Shown here: positions 54,654 through 64,000 of the stretch, piece after piece
Layout of the letters: each line of letters starts with the position of its first letter
Position numbering within the stretch: position 1 is the first letter of the stretch
DNA from: Eledone cirrhosa
Lineage: Eukaryota
NCBI GenBank assembly: GCA_964016885.1
Contig: OZ024748.1
Location: 18,104,001 to 18,168,000 of the forward strand
Direction: 5' to 3'
DNA: 64,000 nt
Notes under the pieces: generated by a model
Databases searched by the model: none
Told to the model about the DNA's origin: nothing
Seen by the model: the letters and a program-made list of their open reading frames with translations, nothing else
Position numbers and translations under genes: made by a program

Positions 54654-55284
54654 GTATGTTGTTCCACCATCACCCTCATTACCATTATCAACATTATTAT
54701 CATCACCATCATCATCATCATCATCATTATCATCACCATCATCATAATCATTATCATTAACATTAAACATTATCATCATCATCATCATCACCATCGTTAT
54801 AGTTTTTCTACCATCATCATCATCTCAATCACAATTCCATAATCCTCATTTTCACATCTGTATTTCCATGCTTGGTTTGGTCAGGTCATCTCCAGACATC
54901 TTTCCTTTATCATCTCCTCTGTGAGGTTCGATACTATGAGATCAGTTCTCATCATTACTGCCCAGGTTTTCTTTGGTTTCCCTCTTCTACCGCTTCCTTC
55001 TAAGTCATGTAGTGTTCTAAATAGAAAAAGTCTAAAGTCTGTCTCAAGCCGGAGGCTCAGCAGGTCAATGCTTATTCCAGTTTCCTTTGAGTTAAGGGCC
55101 TGAGAGTACAAAACTAACCCTGGACAGGATGCCAGTCCATCATAGGGCTAAACTCCCAGCTATTACTGGTACTCATTTTCAACTCTGTATACAGGAGCAA
55201 CGTGAAATGACTTGTTTTGCTCAAGAACACCACACACAACCCAGTCCAGGAATCAAACCTACGACATTATGATCATTAGTCTAA

Positions 55285-55469
55285 GGGCGGTGAATTGGCA
55301 GTATCGGTAGAGGGTTGGACGCCATGCTTTCTAGCATAGTTACGTCCCTTTACAGTCTGAGTTCAAATCCCGCCGAGGTTAACTTTGCCTTTCATCCTTA
55401 CGGGGTCGATAAAATAAAGTACCAGTAATGTACTGGGTAATTGCTGGCCTTGTGCCTAAAGTAGAAACA
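55285..55469 (+). mobile_element. SINE family A with a 19-bp TSD, nested in a minus-strand SINE (~55085-55510)
   Basis: ATTATGATCATTAGTCTAA at 55266-55284 and 55470-55488. Confidence 0.9.
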
Positions 55470-56447
55470 ATTATGATCATTAGTCTAACACCTTTACCAC
55501 ACGCCTCCACAGCAATGTTAATGTGGATGAACAATGAAACATGAACAAGCTAGGAGAAAAGCTGAGTATAAGAGGAATCAGATGTTGCATGGAAGAGAGA
55601 GGATTGCACAGGTTTCGACATGTAATGTGTATAGATGATGAATGCTGGGTGAAGAAGTGGCAAGAGTTCTAAGCGGATGGAAGTTGTAGAAGAGGAGGAC
55701 CAAGAATGATGTGGTGAAAGCAGATCTCCAAGAAACTACACCTCACTAATGAAATCACAAAGTAAAGAATCAAATAGAGAGATGCTGAGTTGGATAAGAG
55801 TTATCTAACATAGGGATATTGGGTGTTGGATGGAGAAGTAGCAAGAATTCCAAGTGGAAGGAAGTCATGATAGAGGAAAACCAAGAAAGATGTGGGCAGA
55901 AATGATGTAAGATGATCTAATGAAATTACACCTCACTAAGGAAAGATAGACAGTTAGGTGAGATGCTCTGCTAGAGCGGACTCATCTCTTTTAACAGCAT
56001 GGAAATCATCATCATCACCACTGTTTTTATATCCGTTTTTCCATACTTGCATGGGTTGGATGGGTCCTCCTCACCACAGCATCTCCTCTGTAAGTCTCAG
56101 TGACTTGAAGTCAGCTCTCACCACCTCTGCCCAGGTCTTTCTTGGTCTACCTCCACTGCAGCTTACTTTCACTGGGATTTCCTGGCACTTCTTCACCCAT
56201 CAACCATCATCCATGTGTATGTGTATCACATGTCTATACCAAAACAGTCTTCTCTCCTGCACACCACCTCGGATTCTTCTTAAAATATGGTTCTAAAAAC
56301 AATAGTAATGATGATGATTATTATTGTATGACTTACTGTGTATGCTTGAATAAAAGCCAAGGAGGTTGGTTTATATATGCCATCTAAACAATGTGTTGTG
56401 AAATAACTGAGCTGATATCTGAAATATAGGACAAGTACCATATATAG

Positions 56448-56790
56448 TGAAGGCATATGGCTTAGTGGTTAGAGCATCGGGCTTGCAATCGTGAGGTTGT
56501 GAGTTTGATTCTTGAACCGGGCTTTGCATTATGTTCTTGAGCATGACACTTTATTTCAAGTTGCTCCAGTTCACTCAGCTGTAGAAATGAGTTGCGACGT
56601 CACTGGTGCTAAGCTGTATCAGCTTTTGCTTTTCCCTAGGTTAACATCGGTGGCATGGAGAAGGGAGACTGGTATACATGGGCGACTGCTGGATATCCAA
56701 AAACATCCTTGCCTGGATATATGCTCTGGAGGGGAGCTTTCAAGGTGTAAATCTCATGGTCATTCATGACCGAAAGGGGTCTTTACTTTA
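56448..56790 (+). mobile_element. CORE-type tRNA SINE (intronic)
   Basis: GGCATATGGCTTAGTGGTTAGAGC head; CTTGAGCATGACACTT core. Confidence 0.8.
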
Positions 56791-57010
56791 TTACCATATA
56801 CACTTGAATATAAGCCAAGGAATATGTGACTAAAAACATTGATTGTAAAATGGTGGGGTCAGCTTATATACACCATCTAAACAATTTGTTGATTAGCGAC
56901 CTCAGCTTATAAATGGGGTTTGGATTTTTGCTTATATTCGAGTATATACAATAAAAGATACATTTACAAACACAAAGTAATTTAATTCTTAAACATTTTA
57001 TTCCTTCCAG

Positions 57011-57220
57011 AACATTGCATATGGTCGCAATGACAAACACCTGGATGTATACTTACCTGTTGGTACCTATGAAGGTGATGACCCAAGGCCAGTTTTAGTT
57101 TATGTTTTTGGTGAAGGTTGGAGCACTGGTGACAAGAATATGTGTGGTTTAGTTTGTTCTCAGATTGCTGACAAAGTCAATGCTATTGTTTGCTGCCCAA
57201 ACTATTCACTTTATCCACAG
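57011..57220 (+). CDS. ICME-like hydrolase, coding exon 2
   Basis: TTCCAG|...CAG|GTAAGA; NIAYGRNDKHLDVYLP...RPVLVYVFGEGWSTGDK...PNYSLYPQ. Confidence 0.92.
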
Positions 57221-57659
57221 GTAAGAAAAATGTCTTCTTATTCCTTTACACTCTGTTTAGCTCTAATGAAGGAGTGTACGAGGGTCGGCTGATATGTTCA
57301 TTGGTTGACCAAAATAAATAAGCTTTAGCAAGACACTTTATTTCACGTTGCTCCTTCTGCCAGGAATTGCAACTAGTAGATAGTATCTGTAATGGAAAGA
57401 CCAATGGAAATATTGTTTCCATGGTGAAATTTGAAGAGTTCCACCCCACTCTGTAAGTGAATGAGGCCTGGGATCTTGTCAATCGTTAAAATATAGAAAC
57501 AAAGATATCCCATGTTTGTGAAAGAATTAAAAGAAAGTAAAGAGAATATTGAGTGCTACATTATGAATTAGTAGATGTGGGGTGGGGAGTTTACCTAGAA
57601 GCTTTGTCATCACTAATTTGTAAGCTGCATATTGATACTGTTGTTGTTGTTGTTGTTAG

Positions 57660-57743
57660 GGTTGTGCAGACGATATGGTGCAGGATGTGGTTGATGCCAT
57701 CAGTTGGATACACAACTATATTCACAAATATGGCGGAGACAAG
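57660..57743 (+). CDS. ICME-like hydrolase, coding exon 3
   Basis: TTAG|...AAG|GTAAGA; GCADDMVQDVVDAISWIHNYIHKYGGDK. Confidence 0.92.
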
Positions 57744-58299
57744 GTAAGATTTTCATTGAAATAAATTACTATTAATTGGTTGGGTAGCTGACTGGTTTGG
57801 TATTTTTTTTTTTTTTGTCTGCTAGTTGGTAAGATGTACAGAATAATCTCCCTTGATATTCACTGTGTTGGTTTTGTAACTTTGATTACTTCCCTTGCAT
57901 TGTATGTAGTCTAGTTACTTCTAACACAATTTGGTAATAAAATAAGTATGTTTCATGAAGAAGTTCGATCCAACACCGCGATACCGTGGGTATGTGTCTT
58001 CTACCATAGCCAAGAGTCGACCTTCTTTCTCCTCTATTAGAACTGCCCAATGTTAACTGTATATCTCTATAACGACCCTACGACTCAATCAATAGTTAAG
58101 GGCCCACAACATAATTGCAATATGCTGTTTAATATATTTGCTACACTAACAGACTACCATTGGTTCCTTGGCTGCCTTTAATAGGGTTCAATCTGTTGAA
58201 AACATTTTGGCTGGGTCTTTGCTTTGGGGATAACTTCCTACCTCCTGCTAGATTAAGAGGCACTGTAAAAGCTCTGGGCCATGGCCTCTCTTTGACTCA

Positions 58300-58530
58300 A
58301 AGGTCTTATAAAAGCCATGAACCATACACTCTTTACTATTTTTAGGGACCCTATAAAAGCCATGAGCCATACACTCCTTACTATTTTTAGGGACCCTATA
58401 AAAGCCATGGGCCATACACTCCTTACTAGTTTTAAGGACCCTATAAAAGTCATGGACCACCACTCCCTACTATTTTTGGAGACCCTATAAAAGCCATGGG
58501 CCATCACTCCTTACTAGAGGGATCCTATAA
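58300..58530. repeat. 45-bp minisatellite, ~5 copies (intronic)
   Basis: Unit CTATAAAAGCCATGGGCCATACACTCCTTACTATTTTTAGGGACC. Confidence 0.85.
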
Positions 58531-58673
58531 AATCGATAAGCTGTACACTGTAAAAATTATATTTTGTACCTTTTCTGCCATGATTAATATTTTTTTTTAA
58601 AGCCAAAATTCTACCAAAGCTAATATTTCTTTGTTTTTTTTTTATGTATATATTTTTGCTGCTGGTAATTTAG

Positions 58674-59163
58674 GAAAAAATCATCTTGATTGGTCACTCT
58701 TGTGGCGCTCACCTGTGTGTAATGGCTGTGTTGGAACTGCTCCATGGAGAACTACGACTCAGTCGTGAGGGATTGGACCCATTGGACGACACCAGTGAAG
58801 AGAGTGAAACACGACCGTTAGATTTGGGTGTTGCAGGTGGTGGGGGAAGTGGTGCACATGGTAAAGACCATGCTGTAACCACTGAGACATTCACTGCTCC
58901 TTCAACAACAACAACAACAACATCATCGGATACCAAAAATGTTAACGAGATGAACCACGAACCTATGGATATAGATACACCGGAGAGTGAAGATGAAGTT
59001 GCAGGAAATGTGGCCAACTTTCGTAAAACTGCGTCCCACTTTCTAGACATGGAAGGAGATGAAGAAGCTTCCGATAATGATTCTGTTGTTACTGTCCGCC
59101 AGAAAGATCTTGAGAGTGGCCCCAGTTTACATGACATGTGTAGATCAATCAAAGCTGTCATTG
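58674..59163 (+). CDS. ICME-like hydrolase, coding exon 4 (nucleophile GHSCG plus acidic insert)
   Basis: TTTAG|GAA...ATTG|GTAAGA; EKIILIGHSCGAHL...IKAVIG, phase 1. Confidence 0.9.
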
Positions 59164-59816
59164 GTAAGAATACATTTAGGTTTTTTTTCCCTACCATTAT
59201 CATCATCATAACATCCATTTCTTATTTCTTTTTTCTTTTCATCATCATCACTATCATCATATATATATATATATCATCACTATCATCATCTATATATAAA
59301 TGTGGTTGATGTTAGGAAGGGTATCCAGCTGTAGAAACCAAGCCAAAATTAGTTCTGTATGAACAAGACACTTTATCATTACTTTCACATTGACTCTTCC
59401 ATTGCTGGCATGGGTTGGACAGGACTTTTTAAGGCAATGTTTGACAGCTTGATGCCCTTCCTGATACTAGATGCTATTTATAGGAGTGAGTGTATAGTAT
59501 TTTTAAGAGTGTATGGTGTTATTTAAGGGGTGTATGATGTTTTTAAGGATATATGGTGTTATTTAAGGGTGTATGATGTTATTAAAGGAGTGTATGGTGT
59601 TATTTAAGAAGTGTATGATGTTATTTAGGCGTGTCTGGTACTATTTAGGGGGTGTCTGGTGTTATTTAAGGGTGTATGGTGTTATTCAAGGATGTATAAT
59701 GTTATTTAGGGATGCATAATGTTATTTAGGGATGCATGGTACTATTTAGGGGTGTCTGGTGCTTCTTACTATATTTGGTGTTATTACTGTTGAACCTTAT
59801 TCTCCTCTTCCTTAAG

Positions 59817-59973
59817 GTCTAGCTGGTGTGTACAACATAAAAGACCAATATGAACATGAGAAACAGAGAGGTTTGGAAGATTTAAGCTGTATTCAGAAAT
59901 GTATGTATGGAGAAGATCATTTTGGTCGATTTTCTCCGTCAATTATCATAGAAAGTCTGAAGAGAAGCATCAA
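59817..59973 (+). CDS. ICME-like hydrolase, coding exon 5
   Basis: TAAG|GT...AA|GTAAGT; LAGVYNIKDQYEHEKQRG...FSPS; phases 1 and 2 are consistent with neighbours. Confidence 0.9.
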
Positions 59974-60001
59974 GTAAGTGAACAACACAATAAACTCTGT
60001 C

Positions 60002-62620
60002 TTTAACACCCCTCTCAACCCTCACCCTTTCATATCCCTGTATGTCTTTAACACCCCTCTCAACCCTAACCCTTTCATATCCCTGTATGTCTTAACACCC
60101 CTCTCAACCCTAACCCTTTCATATCCCTGTATGTCTTAACACCCTTTTCATCCCTAACCCTTTCATATCCCTGTATGTCTTAACACCCTTTTCATCCCTA
60201 ACCCTTTCATATCCCTGTATGTCTTAACACCCTTCTCATCCCTAACCCTTTCATATCCCTGTATGTCTTAACACCCCTCTCATCGCTAACCCTTTCATAT
60301 CCCTGTATATCTTAACACCCTTCTCATCCCTAACCCTTTCATATCCCTGTATGTCTTAACACCCCTCTCATCGCTAACCCTTTCATATCCCTGTATGTCT
60401 TAACACCCTTCTCATCCCTAACCCTTTCATATCCCTGTATGTCTTAACACCCTTCTCATCCCTAACCCTTTCATATCCCTGTATGTCTTAACACCCTTCT
60501 CATCCCTAACCCTTTCATATCCCTGTATGTCTTAACACCCTTCTCATCCCTAACCCTTTCATATCCCTGTATGTCTTAACACCCCTCTCATCGCTAACCC
60601 TTTCATATCCCTGTATGTCTTAACACCCTTCTCATCCCTAACCCTTTCATATCCCTGTATGTCTTAACACCCTTCTCATCCCTAACCCTTTCATATCCCT
60701 GTATGTCTTAACACCCTTCTCATCCCTAACCCTTTCATATCCCTGTATGTCTTAACGCCCCTCTCATCCCTAACCCTTTCATATCCCTGTATGTCTTAAC
60801 ACCCCTCTCATCCCTAACCCTTTCATATCCCTGTATGTCTTAACACCCCTCTCATCCCTAACCCTTTCATATCCCTGTATGTCTTAACACCCCTCTCATC
60901 CCTAACCCTTTCATATCCCTGTATGTCTTAACACCCTTCTCATCCCTAACCCTTTCATATCCCTGTATGTCTTAACACCCTTCTCATCCCTAACCCTTTC
61001 ATATCCCTGTATGTCTTAACACCCTTCTCATCCCTAACCCTTTCATATCCCTGTATGTCTTAACACCCTTCTCATCCCTAACCCTTTCATATCCCTGTAT
61101 GTCTTAACACCCCTCTCATCCCTAACCCTTTCATATCCCTGTATGTCTTAACACCCTTCTCATCCCTAACCCTTTCATATCCCTGTATGTCTTAACACCC
61201 TTCTCATCCCTAACCCTTTCATATCCCTGTATGTCTTAACACCCTTCTCAACCCTAACCCTTTCATATCCCTGTATGTCTTAACACCCTTCTCATCCCTA
61301 ACCCTTTCATATCCCTGTATGTCTTAACACCCTTCTCATCCCTAACCCTTTCATATCCCTGTATGTCTTAACACACTTCTCATCCCTAACCCTTTCATAT
61401 CCCTGTATGTCTTAACACCCTTCTCAACCCTAACCCTTTCATATCCCTGTATGTCTTAACACCCTTCTCAACCCTAACCCTTTCATATCCCTGTATGTCT
61501 TAACACCCTTCTCAACCCTAACCCTTTCATATCCCTGTATGTCTTAACACCCTTCTCATCCCTAACCCTTTCATATCCCTGTATGTCTTAACACCCTTCT
61601 CAACCCTAACCCTTTCATATCCCTGTATGTCTTAACACCCTTCTCAACCCTAACCCTTTCATATCCCTGTATGTCTTAACACCCTTCTCAACCCTAACCC
61701 TTTCATATCCCTGTATATCTTAACACCCTTCTCATCCCTAACCCTTTCATATCCCTGTATGTCTTAACACCCTTCTCAACCCTAACCCTTTCATATCCCT
61801 GTATGTCTTAACACCCTTCTCATCCCTAACCCTTTCATATCCCTGTATGTCTTAACACCCTTCTCATCCCTAACCCTTTCATATCCCTGTATGTCTTAAC
61901 ACCCCTCTCATCCCTAACCCTTTCATATCCCTGTATGTCTTAACACCCTTCTCATCCCTAACCCTTTCATATCCCTGTATGTCTTAACACCCCTCTCATC
62001 CCTAACCCTTTCATATCCCTGTATGTCTTAACACCCTTCTCATCCCTAACCCTTTCATATCCCTGTATGTCTTAACACCCTTCTCATCCCTAACCCTTTC
62101 ATATCCCTGTATGTCTTAACACCCCTCTCATCCCTAACCCTTTCATATCCCTGTACGTCTTAACACCCTTCTCATCCCTAACCCTTTCATATCCCTGTAT
62201 GTCTTAACACCCTTCTCATCCCTAACCCTTTCATATCCCTGTATGTCTTAACACCCTTCTCATCCCTAACCCTTTCATATCCCTGTATATCTTAACACCC
62301 TTCTCATCCCTAACCCTTTCATATCCCTGTATGTCTTAACACCCTTCTCATCCCTAACCCTTTCATATCCCTGTATGTCTTAACACCCCTCTCATCCCTA
62401 ACCCTTTCATATCCCTGTATGTCTTAACACCCCTCTCATCCCTAACCCTTTCATATCCCTGTATGTCTTAACACCCCTCTCATCCCTAACCCTTTCATAT
62501 CCCTGTATGTCTTAACACCCTTCTCATCCCTAACCCTTTCATATCCCTGTATGTCTTAACACCCCTCTCATCCCTAACTCTTTCATCTCTATCTTAACAC
62601 CCTTCTCATCTTTAACCCTT
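60002..62620. repeat. 44-bp minisatellite, ~59 copies, in the last intron
   Basis: Unit TAACACCC(T/C)TCTCATCCCTAACCCTTTCATATCCCTGTATGTCT. Confidence 0.96.
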
Positions 62621-63453
62621 TTATCTTCAGAACTTTACTGTATTGCTGTTGACCCTATACTTGTGTCAATGTCGTGACCTTATTGTGTTGGTATTGCTGT
62701 GTTAACCTTACACATTGTTGGTATTCCTGTGTTGACCTTACACATGTGTTGGTATTGCTGTGTTAACCTTACACATGTGTTGCTGTGTTGACCTTACACA
62801 TGTGTTGGTATTGCTGTGTTGACCTTACACATGGTCAACCATTTATCAAGCTGACCATGCAGTAGATACAATTATATTACTGGTATGTTTTGGACAGGCC
62901 AGTATACAATAGACATGTGGTCACTGTACAAGGGACATCTCAGTATATCTAAGTGGTCAATATGCAGTAGACATGTGGTCACTTTACAAGGGAAATGTCA
63001 GTATACTGTGTGTATCTAAGTGGTCACTTTACAATGGGCATGTGGTCAATATACACTGGACATGTGGTCAATATACACTGGACATGTTGAGTGTCTTGTC
63101 TTTTTATAAGCTGTTTAGACAAGGCAAGAACACTGACCCTATGACCCTTTTCATGTGGTGGTGATGGAATGTTCTGAGGTGTATGTATGTGCACGTGTGT
63201 ATGTGTGCACACATGAATGTATATGTGAGTCTGTGTGTGTCCTGAGCACCAAAACTTGGTGATGGGTCTGTTTGGAACACTTTCAATCATGGGTCTGCCA
63301 GATTCAACAGACCAGGGGCCAAACAACAACAGTTAAACAGAATTTAAAACTCCTTTTTTTGTTTTTTTTTTTATTTGTTTCTGTATTGGCATTTTTTTAT
63401 TTTTATGTATTAATTTTATTTTATTTTATTATTTTTTTTAACTTTAAATCCAG

Positions 63454-63679
63454 GTTACCAAAAATGGTTCTTTTACACGGCACAGAAGATGAAGTGGTGC
63501 CAATGTCCTCTAGCACAAAATTTGGTGAAGCCCTCAGCAACATCTTTGCAGATGTCACCGTACGGGTTATTCCATCATGTGACCACTACAACATTTTTGT
63601 CGACCTTATGTCTCCGGAGAGACAATTACACGATGTAGTTATGTGCATAATATTGGAAACGGCACGAAGGTTCTTCTGA
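63454..63679 (+). CDS. ICME-like hydrolase, last coding exon (catalytic Asp and His)
   Basis: CCAG|G TTA CCA; LPKMVLLHGTEDEVVP...CDHYNIFVDLM...RRFF*; total spliced CDS 1425 nt (474 aa). Confidence 0.92.
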
Positions 63680-64000
63680 AAGAAACATCTTGCCATCCAA
63701 TTCCACCCCTCCACCACTGTACAAACAACTCTGCTACACAACTCCTTCGTCTTTGAGAGAGAAAAAAAAACGAAAAAAAACCTTTCTTTCCTTCTTTCAG
63801 TCCTTTCTTTTTTTTTTTTTTCATCTTCACCTTTTTTTTTCTGTTATTTATTCCCACCCATGCTTGCTATTATTGATAGAACAGGCATGAATGTCACGGC
63901 TTCCTATTTTTTCCTGCCTGCTTTTCCTTCTACCTCCTCACAAACACCCCACTCGTCCACCCCCAAGCCCCAAATAACTGGTATTTCATACATTCATATA

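Overview
AT-rich, repeat-saturated eukaryotic DNA. The SINE/LINE families and microsatellite load look like an octopus or other coleoid cephalopod genome (inference, not verified). Nearly all ORFs in the supplied track are microsatellite artefacts. Two protein genes are supported: an intronless mitochondrial ribosomal protein L28 (MRPL28/bL28m, minus strand, 43791-44573) and a divergently oriented six-coding-exon alpha/beta-hydrolase (ICME/BD-FAE-like esterase, plus strand, 54396-63679, 474 aa by my splice reconstruction). The rest is tRNA-derived SINEs; RTE, L1/Tx1, R4/Dong and CRE LINE fragments; a decayed mariner; piggyBac-type and Tc1-type MITEs; and several minisatellites, three of which visibly grew out of retroelement sequence. 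The most interesting signal is a set of long fold-back (inverted-repeat) elements beside (TA)n tracts at about 21, 33.8, 35, 48 and 52 kb that carry complete or partial hammerhead-ribozyme motifs, suggesting Penelope-like or retrozyme-type non-autonomous elements. All alignments and folds were done by eye; repeat boundaries and copy numbers are approximate.
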